A DNA stretch of 64,000 nucleotides from Candidatus Thorarchaeota archaeon (GTDB lineage: Archaea > Asgardarchaeota > Thorarchaeia > Thorarchaeales > Thorarchaeaceae): contig JAEORO010000060.1 of NCBI GenBank assembly GCA_016840855.1, positions 7,812 through 71,811 of the forward strand, in the 5' to 3' direction. The notes beneath the pieces are model-generated. The model was not told the DNA's origin, did no database searches, and was given only the letters and a program-made list of their open reading frames with translations. Numbering within the stretch: position 1 is the stretch's first letter; every line of letters begins with the position of its first letter. The position numbers and the translations under genes are program-made. Below, one piece after another: positions 17,703-26,874 of this stretch.

Positions 17703-19235
17703 TTAAGTGACTTCCAGTTCACGGACTTCTTTTTGTTCTTTTTTAGTTGCGAGAACCAGCTCCTCAGCTTTCGGTATCGGATTATTGAAGGCCGCCCACA
17801 CCATCACTACGGATATTAGAGATATGACCGCGCAAATCAAGAATGTAAGTAAGAACCCTCCAGTGAAAGGAATAAACCATCCAAAAAATGCAATGAGTGG
17901 CATGGAAACTAGCATGACAAGTGTGGGTTGTAAAGAATACATAGAGTTTCGGATGCGGTTGGGAATAACATCAAGCATCACTCTCTGAGTTAAGATGTCC
18001 GCAATTGCACCAAACATATTCAGGCCTACAAAGAGAATAAAGAGGAGAATTACTGGGATGACTGTCTGAACAGGAACCTCAATTAACGGGAGGTTCGTGA
18101 AAGGTATTAACACTGTGTAGAACTCAATGGTCGCTGGGTCAGTTCCTGCAGGTATGCCTGGAAAGACATAGACTATGACTGCAAGAATCAAATAAAACAC
18201 AAAACCCGTGAACTGAAGTAATCTGAAGCGAGGAATCCATTTCTTTGGTTCGAATCTCTTTGCCAGCACACCGCTTCGCTCATTCGCAAGAGCCTGCGGA
18301 AGGAATACTAAGGTCCTGAAAGCAGAAACCGCGACCTGAGTTACAAGGAAACTGAAATAGAGAGGGAATAACAAAATATTCCACCAAACAGGCCCTATAC
18401 TCCACATGACGACACCTCCGAGCATAATGAGTGTGACAAACTTACTGGACCAGAGAAAGCGAAAACCATCCTTGAGTAGAGACATATACTCTCCAAGTGC
18501 AGGTCGTTCCGCTTGTTCATCCCTCACGCCAGGTAGGTCTCTGACAAGTCTGAATACGATAATAGCGAGAAATACAGAAAAGACTGCCTGTAGACTAAAG
18601 ACCCAAGTTTCCCCATATAGATAAGCGAGCCAAGACCCAGGCAGTAGAACTAGGGTTGCTGAAACTTGCCACACCATTCCAAGTCGTCCTTGGAACACGC
18701 CATATTGTTTACGATCAGTATCATGCGGCATAGCAACGCGATAGTTGTTATCAAACCAGGCACTGAACGCACCACTCTCCTGTGAAGAGCCAAGTCCAAA
18801 GAGAACATAGATGGCTATGTATAGCCAGATAGGACCAGGCGTGTTCTTAACTATCATTGATGAGAGACCGAACGCAGCTGCATAGCATAGAAGAGCTGAG
18901 GCTATCACATATCGCTGTCCGATCCAGTCTCCAATCGCCCCAGTAGGATAATCCAACGCAGTCTGAATGGCCATTTGAATGACAACGAGAAAACCAACGA
19001 GTGTGAGTCCTGCAAAATAATCACCATTGCCTAAGGACTCAGCGATATATATCATCCAGAAAGTCGTGCTGATTTGAAAACTTGCCGCAAAGGTTGGAAG
19101 GAGTACAGATAGAATCGTGACTAAGCGAACTACATTCTCAGTAGGTTCAGCAATTCCAAAGATTCTTGCATACCTGCTTGACACAACTGCAGGTTCCTCT
19201 TGCTCGCACTCCACAGCCATGACCTCGTATAACAT
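17703..19235 (-). CDS. MFS-type transporter (12-14 TM)
   Basis: 510-aa polytopic membrane protein with an MFS-like repeat organisation. Confidence 0.65.
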   Translation of the reverse strand: MLYEVMAVECEQEEPAVVSSRYARIFGIAEPTENVVRLVTILSVLLPTFAASFQISTTFWMIYIAESLGNGDYFAGLTLVGFLVVIQMAIQTALDYPTGAIGDWIGQRYVIASALLCYAAAFGLSSMIVKNTPGPIWLYIAIYVLFGLGSSQESGAFSAWFDNNYRVAMPHDTDRKQYGVFQGRLGMVWQVSATLVLLPGSWLAYLYGETWVFSLQAVFSVFLAIIVFRLVRDLPGVRDEQAERPALGEYMSLLKDGFRFLWSSKFVTLIMLGGVVMWSIGPVWWNILLFPLYFSFLVTQVAVSAFRTLVFLPQALANERSGVLAKRFEPKKWIPRFRLLQFTGFVFYLILAVIVYVFPGIPAGTDPATIEFYTVLIPFTNLPLIEVPVQTVIPVILLFILFVGLNMFGAIADILTQRVMLDVIPNRIRNSMYSLQPTLVMLVSMPLIAFFGWFIPFTGGFLLTFLICAVISLISVVMVWAAFNNPIPKAEELVLATKKEQKEVRELEVT

Positions 19236-19319
19236 TCATCACATATAGAGCTTCATGCTTGAGTATAAATCAAGCACTTTATCAACCGTTCCCTCACTCT
19301 TGGCGAGTGGTAGTGCAGA

Positions 19320-19598
19320 ATGAAAGTCAAGCTTCAGTTCAGAGGACCACTAGCTAAAAAATTACAGGATGGATTCATTGAGATTGAGCTAGAAGATGAT
19401 GCAAATCTCTCAGACTTATTGGTTCAGGTGATTAAGAGAGAATCCGATGTGAGAAATCTTTGGTCCAGTCCAGAAGTGATTGATCGTGATGCAGTAATTC
19501 TTTGCAATGAAACAGATATAGGTCTGAGTGGGGGACTTGAAACAGAACTCACTGATGGCGATGTTGTTATTGTCCTACCATTGATTCATGGCGGCTAG
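19320..19598 (+). CDS. MoaD/ThiS-family ubiquitin-like small protein (SAMP-like), C-terminal Gly-Gly
   Basis: 92 aa ending ...VVIVLPLIHGG. Beta-grasp-like pattern. Confidence 0.7.
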   Translation: MKVKLQFRGPLAKKLQDGFIEIELEDDANLSDLLVQVIKRESDVRNLWSSPEVIDRDAVILCNETDIGLSGGLETELTDGDVVIVLPLIHGG

Positions 19599-20119
19599 AC
19601 AAGTTCAGCTCCAACATGGATTGCCTTGATGTCTATCTCAAGAGCTTTCACACTAATCATATCCGCAATTGCTTTCTCAAGGTTCTCAAGTGGAAAGAGA
19701 CCTGACTTTTTAACCAGCGCACCCAGCATTACCATGTTGGAAACCAGTCTTAAGCCCAACTCATCAGCAGTTTTCATTGCTGGAATCTCGACAATCTCAT
19801 AGCCTGAGATGTTTTTAGTATTCACGAGGTCAGGGTCTACAATGATAGTGCTATCTTTCTTTGCTTCAGGTAGATACAGATCAAATGACTTTTGTGACAT
19901 CGCAATAAGGTAATCGGACTCTCGGACCTTTGGGTATCTGATAGGCTTGTCACTTACTATCACTTCACTCTTAGCAGTAGTTCCTCTGGCTTCTGCGCCA
20001 TAACTCTGGCTTTGGACTGCCTCAAGACCGCTATATACGACTGCTGCGTACCCGAGAATGTCACCAGCTAGAACAACGCCCATACCTCCGGTTCCAGCGA
20101 TACGAATCTCTTTTTTCAT
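19595..20119 (-). CDS. 2-oxoacid:ferredoxin oxidoreductase gamma subunit
   Basis: IRIAGTGGMGVVLAGDILG....SYGAEARGTTAKSEV. Confidence 0.85.
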   Translation of the reverse strand: MKKEIRIAGTGGMGVVLAGDILGYAAVVYSGLEAVQSQSYGAEARGTTAKSEVIVSDKPIRYPKVRESDYLIAMSQKSFDLYLPEAKKDSTIIVDPDLVNTKNISGYEIVEIPAMKTADELGLRLVSNMVMLGALVKKSGLFPLENLEKAIADMISVKALEIDIKAIHVGAELV

Positions 20120-20125
20120 CAGATA

Positions 20126-20965
20126 TCACTCCTCCAGATTGCTGAGAGTTGAACGAAGCAGTTCAGTAAACGGAATGTCGTGTCTATCTGCAAAGACTCC
20201 AAGGTCCATTCCTTCTTTTGTGGGAATTCGTTGGTCTATAGGGTCGCCTTTCTTTCGAACTGGTAATTTCTTAAACCATTGCAACATTTCTGGTGGATCA
20301 CCTGCTCGTGTTCTTCTGCCATATGCAGTCGGACACTGAGAGATCATCTCAATAAAGGAGAATCCTTCTCTTTCAAGTGCAGTCCTGATGGCCCGGGCAG
20401 CCTGAATTGGGTGAGCAGTGGTCCATCGTGCAACGTAATTAGCCCCAGCTGCTGCGACCAGTCGAGCCAAATCAAATGGTCGTTCTGGGTTTCCGTAGGG
20501 AGTTGTACTAGTACGGTCTCCAGTGAATGTTGTAGGACCAACTTGTCCACCAGTCATTCCATAAATGTAATTGTTCACACAAATCACAGTCATGTCCATG
20601 TTGCGTCGTGCCGCATGGATTAGGTGATTTCCACCAATTGCGGCTAGATCCCCATCTCCGCTTATGACTACGATTTTCAATTCAGGACGAGCGAGTTTAA
20701 GACCAGTCGCAAATGCAATCGCACGACCATGTGTTGTATGCAGTGTGTCTGCTTGATAGTGCGGAGATGGAATCCAAGCACTGCACCCGATTCCAGAAAC
20801 AAACGCGAATCCAGAGAGGTTCTCATGTCCTAGGTCTTTTGTGGCTTTAAGAAATGCATTGCTCACTTCTCCGGCTCCACAACCAGGACAGAAGGGAGAG
20901 GGTAAGGATTCTTCACGTAGATAATACCGTGCAAAGTGCTTCGAGTTAGAGGTCACTGCATTCAC
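20126..20965 (-). CDS. 2-oxoacid:ferredoxin oxidoreductase beta subunit (TPP-binding)
   Basis: FCPGCGAGE..., VVISGDGDLAAIGGNHLIHAARRN, YGMTGGQ. Confidence 0.9.
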   Translation of the reverse strand: MNAVTSNSKHFARYYLREESLPSPFCPGCGAGEVSNAFLKATKDLGHENLSGFAFVSGIGCSAWIPSPHYQADTLHTTHGRAIAFATGLKLARPELKIVVISGDGDLAAIGGNHLIHAARRNMDMTVICVNNYIYGMTGGQVGPTTFTGDRTSTTPYGNPERPFDLARLVAAAGANYVARWTTAHPIQAARAIRTALEREGFSFIEMISQCPTAYGRRTRAGDPPEMLQWFKKLPVRKKGDPIDQRIPTKEGMDLGVFADRHDIPFTELLRSTLSNLEE

Positions 20966-21071
20966 CTTCGTGCAAGTGCGTTCGTGTTATGCTAGGTTAA
21001 TAATCCATTCTTTAGGGAAGTTGTGTGTTTCTGCTCTAGCTGACAACCAATCAGATTTGTAGCTCCATATC

Positions 21072-21761
21072 TTACTCAGGAATTGTGATAAGATGTGGGG
21101 ACACTTTTTGTTTGTGGTTACTTTCTCTATAATACCAAGGATTAGCAAACGCAATTGCAGTTAGAATCATTGAGATAGTCAATAATACATCAGGAACATA
21201 GAACAGAGATGTGGAAAGAAGCGGGACTCGAAGAATCTGGCTTGCCATTCCGAATAAAACGGATATAACCATGAGTTCACTTCTTACCTCTTTGAGCCGA
21301 CCTGTTCTCCAAGTTATAATGAAGGTGAACATCATCATAATTCCCAGAATTATCATCACTGGAATAGCAAGAATCATGATTAGTTCTTCGTGAGAGCCAA
21401 GGAGAACTATTGATACCCAGTATAAGCCGAGCAAAAGGACAATCCTGTTGTGATATTTTTGAATAGATGGGGCCCAAATCTGAAGAATTACACCCAAGAT
21501 TGGAATGATTGACCCGCCAATGGCAATCGACCGAATTCTGAAAAATATCATTGATGTCTCGAGCAAGCCAATATGTTGAATCGTGACAATCATAATATTG
21601 AAGGATTGACTCACAAATGCGATTGCAAAAACCAGTGGGAGGTCGGTAAGAAGCCGGACCTGCTGAGAGAGCCATTTCCGACCAAGGTATGAACCAATCA
21701 CTGCTGAGATGAACACTGTTGTGATGCTCGAGATAACAACTAATTCTGTACCCATCTGCAT
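21072..21761 (-). CDS. Polytopic membrane protein, unknown function
   Basis: ORF track; about 7 hydrophobic helices. Confidence 0.45.
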   Translation of the reverse strand: MQMGTELVVISSITTVFISAVIGSYLGRKWLSQQVRLLTDLPLVFAIAFVSQSFNIMIVTIQHIGLLETSMIFFRIRSIAIGGSIIPILGVILQIWAPSIQKYHNRIVLLLGLYWVSIVLLGSHEELIMILAIPVMIILGIMMMFTFIITWRTGRLKEVRSELMVISVLFGMASQILRVPLLSTSLFYVPDVLLTISMILTAIAFANPWYYRESNHKQKVSPHLITIPE

Positions 21762-21764
21762 TTT

Positions 21765-22739
21765 TTAAACCTCTTTAATGTTGATACTTCTATTGTTCTC
21801 ATTTTCAAGGACTGGTTGTTCTGTACTGTTGTTCTTTCTGAAGATTCGATGCCACATGGCTGTGAGTTCTTCAATTTTGTATCTCCATAAGATAATGCAT
21901 AGAGGGATGAATGTTAAGAGGAACATCAGAAAAGTGGCTATCATCAATCCAGGAGTTGAAAAGATAAGATCGGGGCCTTGAATCACTGGTTCAGGACCAA
22001 TCTTGAAACATTCACTGATGAAATTGATGAGTGTATGGACTGTTATTGGACCGACAAGAGACTGACAAGCATTGAACTTCTCATAGTAAACACCGAAGAA
22101 GATACCCAGAATAGAAGTGAAAAAGACCATAGAAGTAATTTCACTTAAAGCATCAAGACCAATTGCTCCGTTCACGATTGGCCAACCTGCATGCCAAAAA
22201 CCAAAAATAATTGCAGATAGTAAAATAGCTCTATTAGCAGTTTGGCGTGTTTTGAAACCATTAATTAGTAGTCCTCGAAATAGGGTTTCTTCGAGGAAAG
22301 CATTTGTCAGAAAGAAAAGGAGTGTATATCCAAGAAGCCATTCGTTTAGAATATGAAGCTGGAGTGAATAAGTGGGGTCAATTAGGGCAGCATAAACAAT
22401 TGTGCCGCCAAAGTCAATTCCTAGAGATATAACTAGACCAATCAAAACCCCAAATACTAGTTGAGCTTGTAAGTTGTTTCTTGACAAACCAAGAACTGTT
22501 TCCACTTCTCCTGAGCGATATTTCTTGAAAAATCCGAGGATGATTAGAAAGGGAAAGAGCTTTGAGGGGAGGATATTCATCCAAGTGTTACCTAAGCTCA
22601 AGACAAATTGATCTACCAATCGCCACGCTACAGCGATTGTTAACATTATTCCTCCTATCTTCAGGAGACTTATAGATGACCATGTGGAGATTTCTACATG
22701 TTCTGGGTCAATTGTTTCTTGAACTTGTGTTATTGCCAT
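21765..22739 (-). CDS. CPBP-family intramembrane glutamic endopeptidase (CAAX protease/Abi)
   Basis: FLEETLFRGLL (EExxxR) and FGFWH motifs. The ORF is open to 22811; start uncertain. Confidence 0.7.
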   Translation of the reverse strand: MAITQVQETIDPEHVEISTWSSISLLKIGGIMLTIAVAWRLVDQFVLSLGNTWMNILPSKLFPFLIILGFFKKYRSGEVETVLGLSRNNLQAQLVFGVLIGLVISLGIDFGGTIVYAALIDPTYSLQLHILNEWLLGYTLLFFLTNAFLEETLFRGLLINGFKTRQTANRAILLSAIIFGFWHAGWPIVNGAIGLDALSEITSMVFFTSILGIFFGVYYEKFNACQSLVGPITVHTLINFISECFKIGPEPVIQGPDLIFSTPGLMIATFLMFLLTFIPLCIILWRYKIEELTAMWHRIFRKNNSTEQPVLENENNRSINIKEV

Positions 22740-22951
22740 TAATTTGGCCTCTAGTATGCAATGAACTGTCATCTGGTGATTGTTTGTACAATTTAAACAC
22801 CGATAGACCAAGTAAGGAAGGAAAAATGTGTAATTGTGTCCATGAGATGAGAGAAATACCGTTTTGAGATTGAATTTGTGCTAGCATCAATTTTAAAACG
22901 GCATGACTGCGCCTTCCAATCTGATTTCAATCACATTAGTGGTGAAACTAA

Positions 22952-23383
22952 ATGTCTGAGGTCGCAGCAATGAGAGCATTCAACCGTGAGCTTGCAGCGG
23001 TTGTTGGAGCAACAGTTGAGGTAGTAATCAACACAGGCAAGACATATGCAGGTACCCTAAAAGGAATTGATCAAAACACTTTGAGTATTGTCCTCTCTGA
23101 AGTGGTAGCTGATGGTGAAACTAACATTCCAAAGATATTCATCTATGGGAGCAGTATAGTATCATTTTCGGTTGCAGAGAAAGAGGTCAGTCTTGAGGGG
23201 CTTGCGAAGGAGCTAGAGAAAACATTTCCACCTGGTGGAGTGCAGTTCTATCCTGATACAGGGATAATACTCGTCATGAACAAAATCCGTATCTCAAAGG
23301 ATGGCATTGAGGGTAGTGGTCCTCTATATGAGCGAGTTGCAGTCATCGCAGATGACTGGTTAAAAGAACACGGTCTAGCATAG
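22952..23383 (+). CDS. Sm-like (LSm) domain protein with about 70-aa C-terminal extension
   Basis: VGATVEVVINTGKTYAGTLKGIDQNTLSIVL (Sm1-like) and IFIYGSSIVSF (Sm2-like). Confidence 0.5.
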   Translation: MSEVAAMRAFNRELAAVVGATVEVVINTGKTYAGTLKGIDQNTLSIVLSEVVADGETNIPKIFIYGSSIVSFSVAEKEVSLEGLAKELEKTFPPGGVQFYPDTGIILVMNKIRISKDGIEGSGPLYERVAVIADDWLKEHGLA

Positions 23384-23489
23384 TAGTCACTATGACCATA
23401 TGAGCATGTGACCTAAGTGTATCTTTGAGTCAAAACTAGGTATAGCTAGAATTACCGCTGCGACATGAAACATTATTGAAGACTATTAA

Positions 23490-24749
23490 CTAGAGAAGTT
23501 TTCGGAGACCAAGTTCCTCAATATCTCTCTTCTTAACCTCTTTTTCTTTGGCTGGCTTTCTAGTTAATGTACGTTCTAAAGGTTTTAGACGGTCTTCCCA
23601 AGACCTTTCTGTGGATTCAGGAATTTTACCGAAAGCGCGTGATCTTGCTTCCCTAGAACCAAGTGATGTCGTCTGAGAACTGATTATTCCATATTCTGCA
23701 AGACGTTTTGTTGTTGAAGTTAGAGTGCTCTCTTCTTTTGAGCGAGCTAGAAGCTGGGGACTCTTTACACCTGTGAGAATAAGCATCACGCGAAGGATGC
23801 CACCAAGCCGGGGATCAACACGAGCCCCCCAGATAACATTGGCATCAGGACTCATTTTTTCAGATACGAGTTCTCCCACCTTGTTTGCTTCTGCGAGACT
23901 CATATCTGGACCTCCTGTGATATGAATCAGAGCGCCGGTTGATCCACTCCATTCCACTTCGAGAAGAGGACTGTTGAGAGCGTTCTTTATAGCTGCATTA
24001 GCACGGTCTGCTCCAGTTGCTTCACCAAGTCCTACTAGTGCAACTCCACCATTACAGATTATTGAACGAACGTCAGCATAATCTAGATTGATCAGACTCG
24101 GCATGGTTATTGTTTCAGTTATGCCCTTTACCATATTCGCAAGAACCTCGTCTGCAACCCCGAATGCTTCCTCTAATGGAAGATCAGGGACAAGCTCCAT
24201 TAGTTTCTGATTATCAATAACAACTGCAGTATCAACATTTTCCTGCAAACGTGCCAAACCTGCTTTTGCCTTATCAATTCGAGTCCTTTCAAGATTGAAA
24301 GGCATAGTAATGACACCTACAACTATAGCATCATTGTTTTTCGCGATTTCTGCAACGACAGGTGCGCTTCCTGTACCAGTACCTCCACCCATCCCAGCAG
24401 CAATGAAGACTAAGTCAGCATCTCGTAGAAGCTCAGTCAGCTGCCCGGCTGATTCTTCTGCCGCGGCTTGCCCAACATGTGGGTATCCACCAGCTCCTAA
24501 ACCACGAGTAATTCTCTCACCAATCAGAAGCTTTCTGTGGGCAGTTGTGACTGCTAAGTGTTGGCGGTCTGTGTTAATAGCAATACATTCGGCACCTTGC
24601 ACCCCTATTGTCATAAGGCGTTTTACTGTATTATTTCCAGCACCGCCGCATCCAACAACGACAATTCGAGCTTGGCCCATATCACGGACTGTAGACATGC
24701 CTCGCTCTCCTCGACTGTGTTCCCGTGCAGCATCAATCAATGATTTCAT
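23490..24749 (-). CDS. ftsZ: Cell division protein FtsZ with long C-terminal linker/tail
   Basis: GCGGAGNNTV and GGGTGTGSAPVVAEIAK tubulin signatures. Start at M18 of the ORF (ATG 24749). Confidence 0.9.
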   Translation of the reverse strand: MKSLIDAAREHSRGERGMSTVRDMGQARIVVVGCGGAGNNTVKRLMTIGVQGAECIAINTDRQHLAVTTAHRKLLIGERITRGLGAGGYPHVGQAAAEESAGQLTELLRDADLVFIAAGMGGGTGTGSAPVVAEIAKNNDAIVVGVITMPFNLERTRIDKAKAGLARLQENVDTAVVIDNQKLMELVPDLPLEEAFGVADEVLANMVKGITETITMPSLINLDYADVRSIICNGGVALVGLGEATGADRANAAIKNALNSPLLEVEWSGSTGALIHITGGPDMSLAEANKVGELVSEKMSPDANVIWGARVDPRLGGILRVMLILTGVKSPQLLARSKEESTLTSTTKRLAEYGIISSQTTSLGSREARSRAFGKIPESTERSWEDRLKPLERTLTRKPAKEKEVKKRDIEELGLRKLL

Positions 24750-24931
24750 TATCCTATTACCTCGCTCAGCTTTCCACTGATGTTCATGTTGCCATCCCAT
24801 AACTCTCGTTTTAGCAGGTCACGGATGGCATTTCGAATGGCTTCTGATCTGTTGGGATAGAGACCTTTGTCAACAAGACTTTGAATGTCCTCAACAATCT
24901 TTTCCGGCAAATGTACTGCTATGAGACGCAT
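24749..24931 (-). CDS. cdrS: Ribbon-helix-helix (CopG-like) protein upstream of ftsZ, CdrS-like
   Basis: MRLIAVHLPEKIVEDIQSLVDKGLYPNRSEAIRNAIRDLL is a classical RHH. Its TAA stop overlaps the ftsZ ATG by one base (TAATG). The position matches the cdrS-ftsZ2 arrangement described in haloarchaea. Confidence 0.6.
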   Translation of the reverse strand: MRLIAVHLPEKIVEDIQSLVDKGLYPNRSEAIRNAIRDLLKRELWDGNMNISGKLSEVIG

Positions 24932-25010
24932 GTCTACTCCTCAGAATTGCTGAGGAATTAGTGAGATATGGTTCCTTGTAATACTCGGATAAGTGTCTAA
25001 TTTGAGTTGT

Positions 25011-25043
25011 AAAAAGAGAGAGAAGAGTGAGAGGGGACCTCTC
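25011..25043 (-). terminator. Hairpin plus T-rich tract immediately after rpl2
   Basis: The minus strand reads GAGAGG-TCC-CCTCTC, then ACTCTTCTCTCTCTTTTTAC, starting about 15 nt after the uL2 stop. Confidence 0.4.
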
Positions 25044-25058
25044 GCCTCTTTGAACATT

Positions 25059-25781
25059 TTACTTGGTTTTGCGTCCGGTTCGTCTGGCGGCTATATTTCC
25101 AACCTTACGACCAGGTGGTGCATGTCTGCTAACAGTAGATGGTCTACCAGGTGACTGGTGAGAGCCACCACCATGCGGATGTGATGCTGCGTTCATTGCC
25201 GCACCTCGGACAACAGGCCACTTTCGAGCTTTTCCTCGAACATGATGCCATTTTGCACCAGCTTTCAGGAATGGTTTCTCTTGTCTACCACCACCAGCCA
25301 CGATACCAATTGTTGCACGGCATCTGGGACTGAAAGCTTTCTGTCTACCGCTTGGTAGTCTAACCATAGCCTTGGTCTTGTCGATTGATACTATTGTAGC
25401 AGCAAGACCAGATGATTTTACATATTTGCCTCCATCTCCGGGACTCCCTTCAATGTTATAGACAGGTGTTCCTTCAGGGATGTGTTCGAGTATCAATGTG
25501 TTACCATTCGCAAGTGTTGCATCATCGCCACATTCGATTATTTGACCAACCTGTGCTCCTTCAGGTGCCACCATGAAATGAACCTTGGTTTCTCCCTCGT
25601 ATTTGATTTCTGCGAGGGGCGCGCCTCTTCCGGATTCATGATGAAGGTTTACAATAGTACCAATGTAGGTTTTACTTGGAGCCCACTTGGGATGTCTTGC
25701 TGGAGCTATCTTCTTGTGGCTTGGAGATCTCCACTGAGTAGTGCCACGACCTTTTCGTTGTACCAGAACTCGTTTACCCAT
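25059..25781 (-). CDS. rpl2: 50S ribosomal protein uL2
   Basis: GRGAPLA..., GGGRQEKP..., HPHGGG signature. Confidence 0.97.
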   Translation of the reverse strand: MGKRVLVQRKGRGTTQWRSPSHKKIAPARHPKWAPSKTYIGTIVNLHHESGRGAPLAEIKYEGETKVHFMVAPEGAQVGQIIECGDDATLANGNTLILEHIPEGTPVYNIEGSPGDGGKYVKSSGLAATIVSIDKTKAMVRLPSGRQKAFSPRCRATIGIVAGGGRQEKPFLKAGAKWHHVRGKARKWPVVRGAAMNAASHPHGGGSHQSPGRPSTVSRHAPPGRKVGNIAARRTGRKTK

Positions 25782-25793
25782 TCACAAGCCTCC

Positions 25794-26057
25794 TTAGAAT
25801 ATCCCGAGGTTGGTTGCAACCTCGGCAGCACTGTACTCAGGCGCTAGTCTCACTAATGCCTTCTTTTGTCCGTTTGGCATTATGAGAGTGTTGACTTTCT
25901 CAACCACAACTTCGTAGAGGGTTTCAACTGCCCACTTGATTGTGTTTTTGTTTGCAGTTCGAACAACATAGAAGATGAGCTTGTTCTCTGCGTCCACAGC
26001 CTCAAGACTTGATTCTGTCACAACAGGACGAATAATGATTTCATTTGGATCTCTCAT
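25794..26057 (-). CDS. rpl23: 50S ribosomal protein uL23
   Basis: IIRPVVTESS......NKLIFYV...ANKNTIK.AVE.LY.V.V.KVNT. Start at the internal Met. Confidence 0.9.
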   Translation of the reverse strand: MRDPNEIIIRPVVTESSLEAVDAENKLIFYVVRTANKNTIKWAVETLYEVVVEKVNTLIMPNGQKKALVRLAPEYSAAEVATNLGIF

Positions 26058-26067
26058 TTTTCTCACC

Positions 26068-26859
26068 TCAAGCGAACAGATTCTCCTTCTCGAGTCTGTC
26101 AATAGCAGATTTTGTCCAGACCACTAAACGGCCGGAATGCGTCCCAGGAGCAAGAAGTTCTGCATTTAACCCATGAACTTCAACAATATCAACTCCAGGG
26201 AGGTTTCTTACAGCTTTTGCAATACCCAAGTCTGCACCCACAACGATGAGTGCTGATTTGGGAGTCTTCATCTTTCGACCTCGCATCTTACCTTTACCAG
26301 CTCTGATACTGCGACCATCTCTGGCTCTATCTAAATCATCACTGAGACCTAGGAAAACCAGTGCTTCAAAAGCATCCTTTGTAGTTGTCAAAGACTCTAG
26401 CTTATCGTCTACAACCAATGGTATCTCAGGAACATTGTCAATCTTGTGACCTCTCGATTTGACGTGCTGTGGGTTTGCTGAGGCTGCAATTGCTGAACGA
26501 ATGGCAAGTCTATTCTCTTTCGAGTTGATCCGCTCAATGAGAACCTTTCTAGACTCTGGAGGATGAGCAACTCTTCCTCCTACTGTACCAGGTGCGAATC
26601 CAGCTTTGTTTGCTGCACCAGTCCCACTTCCTTTGATTCGAGGCACCCTTGACCTGCCGTGTCCAGTCTGCCAGCTTTGCGCTGTATTACGTTTACCAGC
26701 AAGCTCGTCAACACCTTGGGGTTGATATCTCCGCGATTGGAGCGCTAAAACAGCCCTCTTAATCACATCTGGACGATAAGGCGTGTCAAACTGTGCGGGA
26801 AGTTTGACTGATTCTTTAGTGGCTTTCCCCTTCAATGAATATGTCTTTACGTTCACCAT
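26068..26859 (-). CDS. rpl4: 50S ribosomal protein uL4
   Basis: Archaeal L4 pattern (RRYQPQG...SWQTGHGRSRVPR) and its position between L3 and L23. Confidence 0.95.
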   Translation of the reverse strand: MVNVKTYSLKGKATKESVKLPAQFDTPYRPDVIKRAVLALQSRRYQPQGVDELAGKRNTAQSWQTGHGRSRVPRIKGSGTGAANKAGFAPGTVGGRVAHPPESRKVLIERINSKENRLAIRSAIAASANPQHVKSRGHKIDNVPEIPLVVDDKLESLTTTKDAFEALVFLGLSDDLDRARDGRSIRAGKGKMRGRKMKTPKSALIVVGADLGIAKAVRNLPGVDIVEVHGLNAELLAPGTHSGRLVVWTKSAIDRLEKENLFA

Positions 26860-26874
26860 GATTATCAACCTCCA

